Below the pieces are notes generated by a model. The model had not been told where the DNA came from, did no database searches, and saw only the letters and a program-made list of their open reading frames with translations. DNA of 64,000 nucleotides from Octopus sinensis (Eukaryota), in NCBI RefSeq assembly GCF_006345805.1, contig NC_043007.1, positions 64,914,001 to 64,978,000 on the forward strand. The letters run 5' to 3'. The translations under genes were made by a program, and so were the position numbers. Below, one piece after another: positions 27,670 to 40,700 of this stretch (its first letter is position 1; each line of letters begins with the position of its first letter).

Positions 27670-28942
27670 TTGGGTTGGCAACTAAGTTCACCCCGTTTTT
27701 AAAAATTTAAACTTTTAAAAGGTTTAATAAAAAATAACAACTAATTAATCAATAATGTATTCACCCTTGTTGTTTACAACTTCTTTCCAACGTTCAACAA
27801 GATTTTCAATACCTCGTTGGGAGAAATCACCCGATTACGACTCGAAAAATTGATCCAACCAAGCTCTCAATTCTGCATCAGTATTGAATGAAACTCCGCG
27901 CATAGCATTTGAAAGCGATCGAAAGAGGTGGAAATCCGTTGGTGCCAAATCAGGAGAGTACGGCGGGTGTGGCATCACTTCCCAGCCATGCGTTTGAATG
28001 GCTTCCTTGGTCATATTGGTGATATGAGGGTGGGCATTGACGTGCAGCAGAAGAACTCCGTGCTGCCGATTAGACCTTTTCTTTTGAATAGCCGTGTTGA
28101 GTCGTTCCATCTGTTAAACGTAGAGTTTCTGTTCAAGCAATTCGTAATGGATAATACTTTCCTAGTCCCACCATACTCACAACATCGTTTTACGCGGATG
28201 AAGATCTTGTTTCACACGCGGTGTCGCTTGTTTACCGGGGCGAAGCCATTCCTTACGCTGCTTCATATTGATGTACAGGCACCATTTTTCGTCGCCAGTA
28301 ACGATTCGGAAAAGAAATCATTGCTTGTGTCCATGAATTGAGCGGTGACGAGCAAGCAAACCAGCGGAGATTGTGGCTTGTTTATTTTTATTGTTGTCAC
28401 TTAAAGCATGCGGGACCCATGCTCCATACTTCTGAACCTTTCCCATCAAGTGAAAATGCTTCTCTATAGGAGTGTGGGAGCATTCCATTTTCTCTGCCAC
28501 TTTCCTTGTAGTTTGACGAGAATTTTCGCGCAAAAGTTGGTTTAATTGCTCTTTATCGAACTCAACTTGACGGTGCGTCTTTGAGGTCAAAATTTCTATT
28601 TTTGAACTTAGCATATCAATCACGAGCGGTTCTTTTAGCTATGGCACCCTCTCCATACACAGCACATATATCGCGCGCAGCTTTTGCGGCCTTAGAACCT
28701 TGATTAAAAGCATGAAGAATGAGAGGTGTCGAAAATACTCGTTTTTCTTAATTTGACATTCCATTTTAATGATCTAAAAATAAACGAAAATTAACTAAAA
28801 TTAACTAGAAAAAAGCAAAAACAAAATAGATTCCAAAATGATTCAAAACTAGAATTCTCTAAAAAAAAATAGATTCCAAAATTTAAAAGCGCAATAAATT
28901 CCAAAATTTAAAAAATCCGCGGGAACTTAGTTGCCAACCCAA
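27670..28942 (-). mobile_element. Near complete mariner element (DD34D transposase pseudogene 28759-27745)
   Basis: TIRs TTGGGTTGGCAACTAAG at both ends flanked by TA; WVPHAL, IVTGDEKW, HVNAHPH (HDNA mutated), HPPYSPDLAPTDFHLF; stops and frameshifts. Confidence 0.95.
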
Positions 28943-28954
28943 TATACTAGTACA

Positions 28955-29172
28955 TCGTAAGACAGCGAGCTGGCAGAAACGTTAGCAAGCTGGGCAAAAT
29001 GCTTTGTGGCATTTCGTCTGCCTTTATCTTCTAAGTTCAAACTTTGCCGAGAATGACGTTACCATGCATCCTTTTGGGGTCGATAAAATAAGTACCCGAA
29101 ATCTAGAAATATGTGTAATTGAATTGATACCATTCCGAAACTGCTAACCTTGTGCCAAAAGTTGAAAATACT
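28955..29172 (+). mobile_element. Full-length short SINE (same family as 27440-27660)
   Basis: aagacagcgagctggcagaaacgttagc head, ggggtcgataaaataagtacc body, gtgccaaaagttgaaa tail. Confidence 0.8.
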
Positions 29173-29808
29173 ATATATTAACATGGATATTAATATATAC
29201 GTGCATGTCCTTCCATCCTTGTTTGAGGTCGATAAAATAAGTACCAGTTGAGCACTTAGGGGTCGATGTAATCGACTTACCCCGTTCCCGAACTGGCTGC
29301 CCTTCTGCCAAAATTCGAAACCAATATATGTGTATGTGTATACCTGAGCGCGCGTGCATGTGTGTGTATGTGTGTGCCAACGGTAAATCCCCGAGGTGTA
29401 AACAATTTGTCACATTGTGGAAAAGAGATAGTAAAAATGTGTGTGACTGAGAGAGTGGGGGAGGGGCGGAGGGAGGGAATGAGAGATTCCAAAGCTACGA
29501 GCAAGTGCACACGTACGAACACACACACGTTCGGACTCTATTAGCCCTCTGCCACCACACAGACGACAATTTGCTGGGTGTGTGTGTATGTGAAAGAGTT
29601 GGGACTATGTTTATATGTACGCACGTCATTAACCTTCATACGTGTGAGAAATAAAAGAGAATTGTTATGAAAAATATTGTTTACCTTCAGGTTATATAAA
29701 TGAATAAGATATTTAATTCCCACACTTTAAATCATTTGTTTCGTGAATTCTATTTACTTTGCTATATTGTATATGTTGAATTCGGTTTTGTATGATTTGT
29801 GTGTATAT

Positions 29809-30292
29809 ATAGGTCTGATCAATAAGTATCCGGACTGTTGCCGCACTAACAAAGCTAAAGCACAAAAAGTGAAGCCGCATGGCAAAAATTGACCTTGAAT
29901 TCTGCTGTGCATGCGCACTAAGCTTTAATGTTCAAATTCACTTCTACCGTTTACAGCAGTGCTTGAAAGGAACGTGTGTAGAGTGTGATCGTCACATTGA
30001 CCATGACAGAGAAAGTTGCCATGGCGATACCTGCACAGAGGCCTACGCAAGGTTGCCGAAAGTGTATGGAGAGGTGTATGAGCCACACACAAGTGTATGG
30101 GTGGTTCAGGCGATTCCAAGATGGCCCAAAAATGTCGATATTGACGAACGTTCTGGGAGACCCGCAACCAGCTGAACAGAGAAAAACATCGCAGATGTGC
30201 GTGCAACTGTGAGGAGAAATCGTCGATTCACCATCCGTGAGTTATCAGAGGATATGCAGATTAGTTACGGTTCACTTCAGTCCATTATCACT
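29809..30292 (+). mobile_element. Mariner 5' fragment (same family as 8890-9861), truncated by a PLE-like block
   Basis: TIR ggtctgatcaataagtatccggactgttg; EAYARLPKVYG; SHTQVYGWFRRFQDG; RRFTIRELSEDMQISYGS. Confidence 0.9.
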
Positions 30293-31670
30293 ATTTATTA
30301 TATATATTAGTAGCGATGGCGCAATATATATAATATATATTGTATATATTGCTAATATATATAATAGATTTATGACGATTTTGGAGAAAAATTTCCCAGC
30401 TTCACATAAGTATAGCAAACTCTTCTCCCCTAGGAGAATCAGAATCTCATATTCCACCCTCCCAAATATAGGTACGACTATAGCCCGCTTGAACAGGAAA
30501 ATATAAACTTAGCCCATGAGATTGATAATAATAATTATATTAGTGGTATGACCCCTAATAATGATTCTAATAATAGTAGATTTGTAAGAATCCAAAACAA
30601 GAGGACTAATATAAATCGAAGTAATAGTACATTTTGTAACTCGAGTAATAATGACATAATACTTGATAGCACTGCAGCAAATTTGACGATACTATAAATA
30701 GTAATGATAGGGGAAATAATGATAATAATAATATCCGTAGCTGAAATTGTAAGGATAATGCCTGTTACTGAGTCCCGAAAACGTCGTACTTAAATGTACT
30801 ATAATGACGAAAACTAATGTCTTCATTTACATCAGGTGCTCTGTATATATGATAAAAACGCCTCAGTAACCATATTACGTCTTTTAGACTTAGGCATAAA
30901 ACCAATAGTACCTCATTATCTATGACGATCTGGGAACTCAAGAATAGTAATAGTGAATTTAGCCTAAAATGGGATAGATTCCGCAGAACTCATCCACGCA
31001 AAAATAGCCGAGATGGATGAGAACGATGTTGTATGGAGATTTGCAACATATTTAAATATAGGGATAAGCAAAACCTAATTAATAATAAATTAGACCGTAG
31101 AGTATCTTGTGTACATAGGATTACCCGTACCTTCAAATATTTTAGAAGCAAATAATAATTAGTATATCATACTATGATTTGGTAGCATGAGTTATCCGGG
31201 GTGTCATATTATTCATAGCATACCCTCTATTATCTAGAAATATATATAGTATTGCTATCTAATAACCCTTAACCGCTTTAATCTGTAATCCTTCAATATT
31301 TATATTACATATATTCCCCTTCGGTATTGGGATTTTCTTCACTTATAGTTATAGTGTTTACATTAGCAATGGTTACTAAATCATGCGCTTCCCCTAACTA
31401 TAAGGTATACCTCATAGGAACTGTTATTATTCAACATGCTGCATAAAACCTTCTAAATATAAATAGCTATCTCACCACTCCTATATCTTGATCCCTCCTA
31501 CTATTTTCCTCTGAAACTCTCTAAATTATAGTAGGCTTAATGCATTTTCTCTAAACTCATTCTGCCATAAATATAAGATAAGGAAACAATGTAATTATTT
31601 TGGTTTCTAGTTTTGATATAACTTTTTTTAAAATAGTTTATCCTTTATATTGGAAATCTATATCATCATC
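30293..31670 (+). mobile_element. Penelope-like element 3' fragment with GIY-YIG endonuclease pseudogene (about 30340-31155)
   Basis: EKNFPASHKYSKLFSPRRIRISYSTLPNIGTTIARLN; IYIR(G)CS; KRLSNHITSF; NSTSLSMTIWELK; FSLKW; SCVH. Pattern typical of Neptune-type PLE endonucleases. Confidence 0.82.
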
Positions 31671-31767
31671 TACGTCTGAGAAGAGGCACGTCTTTCAAAG
31701 TGGTGTAATGTTTTCATTGATCGATGAAATGGAGCGGCTGTAATGTATTGATTCCTGGACATCCTTG

Positions 31768-31837
<70 letters not shown>

Positions 31838-31844
31838 TGCTGGC

Positions 31845-32210
31845 GTGAGCAGAAGGTGCCACAGAATTGGTAAGAGAAACATTGTGGGACTGCCCAAAAA
31901 GGGAGAATTGTCCAACAGCAAGAATTGACTGGACATCCCTCTGCTCTTAGGGCCTGCTAAAGTTTTCTACACAATGCTTCTACATAGGCTGAATGAATTT
32001 GTAGATGCTGTACTACAAGGGAGACATGTTGGATTTCTTAAGAATCGATTCTACACTGAGCAAATCTTCACACCTAAAAATATTTACTGAACAGTGTGTT
32101 GAGCACCAAAGATTGCTCAAACTAAATTTTATTGACTTTAAAAATGCTTTTGACAGTGTCCACAGAAATTCCTTGCACTATGGCATCCCTTGACGTTTTG
32201 TCAATCTTTT
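31845..32210 (+). mobile_element. RTE-type RT fragment
   Basis: W.EQKVPQNW; LPKKGELSNSKN; FIDFKNAFDSVHR; HYGIP. Confidence 0.8.
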
Positions 32211-32230
32211 TAAAAGAAATTTATTCAAAT

Positions 32231-32307
<77 letters not shown>

Positions 32308-32324
32308 AATTTGTGAGTGTGTAT

Positions 32325-32560
32325 AACCTAGTGGTTAGAATATTGTATTCACGACCGCCAAGTCGTCGCTTCGATTCCCGGAATGAACAGTGCATTTTAT
32401 TTTTGAGCAAAACACTTCATTTATCGGTGCTCTGTGGTCACTTCAATGTCTAACGTGTGGCACACTGTGCACCTGTAGGGTATTGACATTCGAATCCTTT
32501 AAACAAGTCATTTGTGCAATTTGTTCAGTAGAAGTTGCTTAAATCTCATCTGTCATTTAA
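32325..32560 (+). mobile_element. Decayed tRNA-derived SINE
   Basis: cctagtggttag A box, cttcgattcccg B box, ttgagcaaaacacttcattt core. Confidence 0.7.
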
Positions 32561-32746
32561 GACAGGAGAGTCCACCATATATATGCATAGATATAAGAAG
32601 TACATTTTTGGACTGTCTTATACGTGGTATATAATTAAACACTAGCAGCCAAATTTAACTCTCCCAACTATTCCGCCACTACTTTAACACAGAAACACAC
32701 ACACAAACACACACACTCACACACACACATATATATGTCCTTGTAT

Positions 32747-32793
<47 letters not shown>

Positions 32794-34451
32794 GTCAATT
32801 ACTGCTGCAGTTAGCAGCAGATGTTAAGAATTCACGAGCTTGTTCGCTACATGCTTGACAAATTAAACACAGTAACCTAGTCTCTGTCAAATCACCTCTA
32901 CTATCTTAAAAGACTCATTGAATAATGTAGTCCAGAGTACATGAAACCTAGAAATAATGGATGTTCGTGGCTGAGATGCCTTTCAAGGGGTGAAACACAG
33001 CGACGACATAAGTCAGTACATCTATTCAGATAAATACAGTAATATATATTGGAACACACTAATAAACATTACAAACATGCACGCGCGCGCGCATCCATAG
33101 AGACACATACGTACACACATAAGCAAATACACGTAGGTAGAGACAGATACCGGAAGTTAACGTCTGATAACCTGCACGTTATTTGGATATATACGTTATT
33201 TTAAATATATCTAATTAACTTGCGATAATTTTTTCGTATGCTCGCTTCCCACAAAAAAAAAATATATATATATGAATAAAATAATAAATTCTACTTAACA
33301 TTTTGTTTTTCCCTTCAAGAAGTCATTTATTTTGTGTGAATTTTCTTTTTACTCAATACGATTCTTAACCACCACCACACATTCAAATACGAAGCAGTGT
33401 TTACAAAAAAGAAACTGAAACTGTCACATAATATTTCTGTCTGCCAAACAGACAATTTTCTCCAATTTTTATTTCATTTATTTATATTGTTTCCATAATG
33501 TTGGTGAAAGCAAATTGCAGCAATGAAAGTAAAAGCAATACAAATTCACACATTATACATAGATTCTTTCTGATTTGTCCTCTCCGTTCCTTTTGTTGTT
33601 CTTTTGTAGAATCCATTGTCCTTACAAATTGTATTCATTTTTATCCATCTACGATCATTTCCACTTAGTATTTTCCACCAAGAGATGCTAAATTATTTTT
33701 CTCTCTTTTCCTCTTCTTTATTCACACCCGAGTGCGTCCGTTCGGGTGATCACCTGTTCATTTATAATTGTGGTAGCAAATCTGATAGTAATTCAATTCA
33801 GTGATGATGATTCCTCTTTTGAGCTATTGACACAAGACCAGTAATTTCGAGAGAGGGGGTGGGGATAAGTTGATTACATCGACCCAAGTATTCAACAGGT
33901 ACTTATTTTATCGATCCTGAAACGATGAAAGCCATAATCGACCACGGTGGAATTTAAACTCAGAACGTAAAAACAGACTAAATCCCGTTCTACATTTCGT
34001 CCGTTCCGCACTTGGAACCTAACTAAATAATTGTATACTTATTTGTTCTTAATTTACGGTATTTTCTTACTTTGATGTTTTGTACACTTTCGTATTTAGA
34101 ACAATATATACTGAATTTTGAATTATCAAATTAAATTTTGATAATTCAATTTTGATAAGTTTTGTCTTATCTTGTCTTATATATGTATGTTTGCATATGC
34201 ATACATACATACATACATACATACATACATACATACATACATACAGGCATTAACACAAGCATATGTATGTTTGTGTGCGTGTACATATGTGTATGTGTAC
34301 ATATTACACATGGAAGAACGCTGTTAAGATCTAGTAGCCTTATATTTATCATGTAGCAAAATGAATGAACAGAAATCGACAGGATCCAGATTATGAGATA
34401 ACGATTGCAGCAGCAGTAATAGTTATCGTTCTTCCTCTTTTTGTTGTCCTT

Positions 34452-34486
34452 TGCTGCTGCTGCTACTGCTACTGCTGCTACTACTG

Positions 34487-34552
<66 letters not shown>
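34452..34552. repeat. (CTG)n/(CTA)n trinucleotide repeat
   Basis: Direct observation; explains the poly-T/Y/V ORFs. Confidence 0.95.
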
Positions 34553-35015
34553 GCAGAGTGACGGAAGCAACATCAGGAGTAACAACGGTAACAGCAACGA
34601 ACGACACTGTAAATGGAATAAATAAATAAACAAGCACATAAATAATTAAACATAGTAAACCAGTTGGTGCCAAATTATTATGGCTTCTAAAATATAGAGA
34701 ACAAATATCAAGTATATTAGTCCTTGATTAGATTAATGTGTAATAAAGTAAAGTATCTTAGCTTATTAGGTCTTGAATTATAAGAAAGAGATCCCAACCG
34801 AGAAGTCTTCGAGATCATTTTTAGTAAGTGATAATAAATACAGATTATGTGAGCCTAGATTATATTCTTCAGCGCGATAAAACAAAAGTACAACAGACCA
34901 TTCATGAGTGTAGATTAAGTTCTGTTACATATCCTTGTTCTTTTTTCTCTTTGCGGTTTTGGGTAATAGTTTCCTATTTCTGTATTATAGCTTGTCATGA
35001 ATCTTTGAGTTTGGT

Positions 35016-35056
<41 letters not shown>

Positions 35057-35116
35057 GGCGGTGCCCCAGCATGGCCACATCTCATTAGCTGAAACTGGAA
35101 AAATCAAAATCAAAAT

Positions 35117-35166
<50 letters not shown>

Positions 35167-35427
35167 AATAGAGAGAGAGAGAAAGAAAGGGAGAGCGAGA
35201 GAGAGAGAGAGAGAAAGAGATGTGTGTGTATGGTTTGAAAGATGTTTGACATGAATTCGTGTGCTGAAATAGATTTTGTTGTATCTTGGGTGGGTCATTA
35301 TCTCAATAATAAACTCACACAGAGCTTTAATTTCTCTCCTTTATTATTTATTTGTTGGTTGGTTATTTAGTCAACTAACTAATCTATTGTTTGATTAATT
35401 TTATTAATCTTACGGGTAATGAATCAG

Positions 35428-35470
<43 letters not shown>

Positions 35471-35471
35471 G

Positions 35472-35510
<39 letters not shown>

Positions 35511-36468
35511 TGTTTGACAAAGTTGTTTCGTCGCCATTCGAATCTCTTCAGTGACATATGTATACCAGGTCAGCTTCAGGTGTGTCTATCTTTTAGTTTT
35601 AGGTTCAATATCGATGTAGTTGTTTGGATGTGATTGGAAATGTACACGAAAAAAAGGGAAGGAGAAAGAGAGTAAAAGTGTGTGTGATTGCGTACTCATG
35701 CCTGCATGTGTTCTGATATGTGTGTATGAATGTATGTGTCAAGACATATAAGGAACAGAGGATACGTAATCAGTATTCATGTATTATGTAAAGTACACTT
35801 GCTTCAGAAAACCGGCTATCGTCGATTACATAAGCTTAAATGCCCTACTATGCAATAAATAAAATCAACCCATTTCATCGGCATTATTATAAAAATTTCT
35901 TTACGGATGATGAAAATGGAACGGTTGCAATCGTTGCGTAACGCAGCCTTCAGGCTCCTATAATATACTGGTGGCCGGCTTTCTGAAATGCACTTGCATT
36001 ATATAAACTATAAATATCGATTACACTTTCTTTATTCTTTTTCTTGTGGTATATACCGTAAGGTATTTTGTTTGATGATCTAAGCCATCAGTCAATTTCA
36101 TGCCAAAGAACGGCAAATTCCCTGTATTTAAGATGTTAGTTGTGAACCTCTAGTTGTCAAGAAAGGGTTTTTGTTTATTTTTTTATGTACTACCGAAATG
36201 AAAGAGGTACAGTAAATAAGCATTAAAAATATAGTATAGTGAATAACCAATCGTTACTAGTAATCAATATGGATATAAAGCGAATTTAAACAGTAAGCAT
36301 AGTCAATGTTATCAAGAAATGAAAGTGTAGAAAAGCAGCGGGCAGGAACAAAATGGCACTGATCCTGCATTTTCCCTCCCAGTTCAGCAATTTTCAAAAG
36401 TGCTTGTTGAGTTGCTCTTTGTCTGCCTACCTGTCTGTCTACCTGTCTGTCTGTCTGCCTGTCTGTCC

Positions 36469-36544
<76 letters not shown>

Positions 36545-36599
36545 GTCCATCCCTCCCAACCATCCATCCGTCCGTCCGTCCGTCCGTCCATCCATCCAT

Positions 36600-37080
36600 C
36601 CATCCATCCATCAACCTATTCATCAGATTAAAACTTGTTGCAAAATGAAATGCAAAAGTGAAAAACAGAACAGCTTTGTACTTCTATATTTCAGAGTTAA
36701 AACTTCTTTATTGGGACACATCGAAAAATGGAATAGAATAAAGAAGATTTTTTTTTCTTTGCTCATATATGTTGTTTAATGCTGGGTTCAGTTTATTAAT
36801 TAGTAATACCTCCTTCATTCATTGCCTGTGTCACGTTCAGTTGTTCTAATGGATATAGGAAACTCCTGGGTGTGGCACTTCAGCAGGTATTTATGAACTG
36901 AAGTCTTTGCACAGACATGTTCATCGATGCAGACGTGCAGCTTTCTCATGGTGCCCCAAATGTAATATGCATTACATTTATTGCTGGCCACTTCATATAT
37001 CACGTAAGCGCTCGAGTACATCTTGAAGTTATTTTCAATATCCTTCTACTTTGAAAGATTCTTCACTGTCTGGGAATGTT
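36600..37080 (-). mobile_element. Penelope-like GIY-YIG endonuclease 3' fragment
   Basis: VIYEVASNKCNAYYIWGTMRKLHVCIDEH...SVHKYL and EVLLINKLNPALN; a lone CUGAUGA lies downstream at 36620-36626. Confidence 0.78.
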
Positions 37081-37271
37081 TTGATCGAAAAGGGATGGAA
37101 ATGACATTTTCGCACCGGTCAAGTGCTAGTGTCGATATAATCGAATGTTCTCCCAAATTTCAGGCTTGGTTCCTAAATTTGAAAATATTAAGCTCCTGTT
37201 CCTCCTGCTCCGCCTGCTGTTGTTGTTGGTGGTGCTGCTGCTCCACCTCCTCCTCCTCCTCCTCCTCCTCA

Positions 37272-37302
<31 letters not shown>

Positions 37303-37349
37303 CATCATCATTATCATCATTGAGTGAGAGAGCAGTGAATGCCATGAAA

Positions 37350-37790
37350 GTGATACTGGGGTGAAATATACAATGTCCAATATACCCATCATGACTACCC
37401 GTCTGATAATTGTACACCAGGCACATGCATCACAACCATATGTGCGCGACATGGTGATCTCATATCAAGATAAAAGTGCATGACCTTGCAGGTGGGGGTC
37501 TAGTTAGAATTTTCCGCAGGTCGAGTAGCCCATCCCGCTCAAAATGTCCATGAATAAGGTTTGTTTAAGGATGTTGAACGAAGCACCCATGTTTCCAGTG
37601 GTGAATTATTCAAACCCCAAAGAATTCCTCTCAACACATGGCTATGATGTTCCCCAAATACTTCCGCTTGTGATCAGAGATGCACATATCGCCAGCCACT
37701 AAGGGACATGCTCAACTTGTAATGGTCAAACAACTGACAGGCAAATCTTGCTGTAGTCCATCTTTTATACCAAGACAAAACAATGTACAT
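37350..37790. repeat. Interspersed repeat of unresolved class
   Basis: Complex non-coding block recalled from memory as a common octopus repeat; single copy in this window. Confidence 0.4.
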
Positions 37791-37799
37791 GATAGAAAT

Positions 37800-40700
37800 A
37801 AAACATAAAACATAAAAATGCAAATATCGCTTCTACTTCTTTTGCGTCAGCGGCGAGAAATATGGAGTGCTTCCACATAGAAGAAAGATGAAAATCTGCT
37901 AGAAAAATTGTTAAAAGAGATGGGAGAAGGGTAGCTCAAAACCCCCCATCGGACGTGATAGAAAATATCGCAAGATGCACGGTCAGATAACGTTACATCG
38001 AAGTCAAGCCTCGGTGGGTGGAAAATGCTCCCGAGAGCGAAGTGCAAAAATGCCTTGGGCGTGTGTGGGAACAAAAGACCCACATTACCTAAAGAAAGAA
38101 GTTTGGAACCATCAAGATGAGATTTGGGACGGAAGAAGAAGCTAGATGTAATTCTGCAACCACTTTGAAGAATGACAACTTCTTAATCCCCAGCCATCGC
38201 GGCCAACGTCTTGCCAAGATTAGGGTACTGAATGTGTCGCCAGAGATATCCATTACCTAGTAAGTGGCGGCCGTCTTGGGAGGTTTAGAAGAAGGCTAAG
38301 TCACAATACTGGAGGTCAAGAAACTAGCAAAGCAAAACTGGTTAGGTATAGGCATGAAACTGACCTTGCAATGCCAGTAGAACCATATCGACAGGCTGCC
38401 CGATCTAATCCATCTCTTGGATGACACTCACCTGTTAGTGTTCGCAGCCAACATTACAAGTATCACAAATGCTAAATCATAAACAAGTGCACGAGACTCC
38501 TACACCTTCTCCCACACCCACGCTCACACCCACGCTCACACCTACGCTCACACCCACTCCTAAACCAAGACAAAGAAGGAGTATACCCCCGGTTGCCACG
38601 GAAAAGCAAGTTTCTCCTGAACGTTCTTCCTCCTAAGCCAGCATCAACTGCAATGATATGGAGAAGGAAGAGCTGAACAATCAATGGATCCCAATGACAA
38701 AAGGGGGTAGGCGAAAGAGGAGGAGAATACATAGCCCTACTCCAAAAACTGAACAAAAACTTATTCTGAAACCACAACTGCAACGCAATTCACAACCACT
38801 CCAACAAAAACTGCAAGAACAAAACAAGATCAACAACTTCAAAAGCAGCAACATCCTCAACAACGGCATGAAATTAAAGAAACCGAGAAACAACCGATTA
38901 CAGAACTTCACAAATATTCACCAGACAGTAGACGAAATGTATCCATCAAGATCACTTGCCCAATGATCGCAGGTCACTTGATTTGGACGTGGCTGCCATT
39001 AGTTAAACAAGGATCTTCGGAAAACACACTTTAGTATCTATTTTCGAAGACTACGAGGTATTCTCATCTTAAGGTCTATTGGGAGCGGGTGGCGGTGTAG
39101 CAGTGCTACTGAGGAAATCCTTACATCTCCAAGTACGGGTTATCTTTCAGGATCCAGATGGTAGGCTGATGGTTCTGGGCGTGAACGGCAGTGAAGGAGG
39201 GGCCTTTAGACTAGTGTCGGTTTATGCCCCAACAGGTGCTGGAAGGCTAGATTTCTTCAGGTGGAAGTTAAATGCGTCCTTACCCGCTCGCAAAGACTAC
39301 GGGGGCAGGATTAGCGAACTAGTTAAGCGGCAGTTGACATGAGCTGTCGTCGACAACCGGTGGTGGATCGCTCTGAAGAGAGTTATTAGAGTAGAATCGA
39401 TAGCGTTTAACAAAGATTTAGCAATAGAAAGAAATAGATCAAAGGGAGAACTAGTTAGGAAACTAAAAGAGGCTATTAGTAAAGGCATTTCGACCGACGT
39501 GTTAACGGCAAGAATGGCCCTTGACCTTTTCTTTCAGGCGAAACACGAAGGGTGCGTTGTCAGAGCTAAGGCCAGTGCGCTAAAATACGAAAGAACTAAA
39601 GCGGTCCGATGGGCCCGAACAGTAGAGACGCGACGTGGAAACTAAACCACGATCATATCTTTGATAGATAGGACGAACGCGTGATACTCGGTTCTGAGCA
39701 GATGTGTGCGGCTGTTTGAGAAGAGTGATGGGTCGACGACGGTAGCGAACTTTACTTCGTACCTAGACGGTCTACCACGGCTCTCAGTGACGGACGCGAG
39801 ATCATGCGAAAAGCCCATTACAGCCTCTGAAATACAGGAGGTGATGAACGATTGCACAAGTCGCAAATCGCACGGTTTGGATGGACTGCCCTACAAATTC
39901 TGTTTTCATGCCAGATTTGTTTGGCAGCCTCTTGGCAGATGTCTACAGTAACTGGCAGCAGAACGGGAGAATTCCTAGTGCTGTTAGCCGGGGTGTGATA
40001 ACACTGCTGAGAAAGGGCGCCGACAATGGGGACGTGCTAGGAAATTTTAGGCCCATAACTCTGGTAAACACAGAGTTAATGATTTTGGCCAAGGTCTTAG
40101 CGGAAAGGTTGGCACTTGTTGGTAGTCTGGTCGGGGAGGCACAATTGTGCACGATCCCGAACAGGTCTATCTAGGACAAGCTTCACCTTATGCGATACAT
40201 CATAGAGAGGGCTGGGACTAAAGCTGGCTTCGGTGGTACCTTGATCAATTTAGATTAGTCGAAAGCTTTCGATAGGATAGACCATCGCTATTTAGAAACC
40301 GTCCTGAAAGCGGCCGGTCTCGGACTCGTTTTCAGAGGCTTGATTGCTGCAATGCACAGCGGTACCAGATCGGTGGTTAACGTAAATGGCCACCTATCGG
40401 AACCGTTTAGTATCGCACGTTCGGTCCGTCAGGGCTGCCCGCTATCACATCCCCTGTATGTGCTGGCTCTTGAGCCACTGCTGCAGAATTTGGAACAATT
40501 AAGAGGCCTCCGTTTCGAAATTTGACTCGGGAGAGCATGTCTGCATACACGGTGGGATTGCGACTGGGCACCTGGAGAGGCAGATCGATTCCGTCAGACG
40601 GCGTCGTCGGATGCTGGACTGACGGACCAATGAAACTGCTCGGGATCTGGTTTGGTACCGACCTTCAGGTGGATAAGAATTGGGAAGAGGTGACGATCAG

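Noticed and set aside
34800-34880. Minus-strand CUGAAGA as a hammerhead
   Set aside because: No GAAA and no stem II pairing.
37126-37452. Acidic or His/Leu-rich ORFs
   Set aside because: Compound trinucleotide repeat next to a SINE tail.
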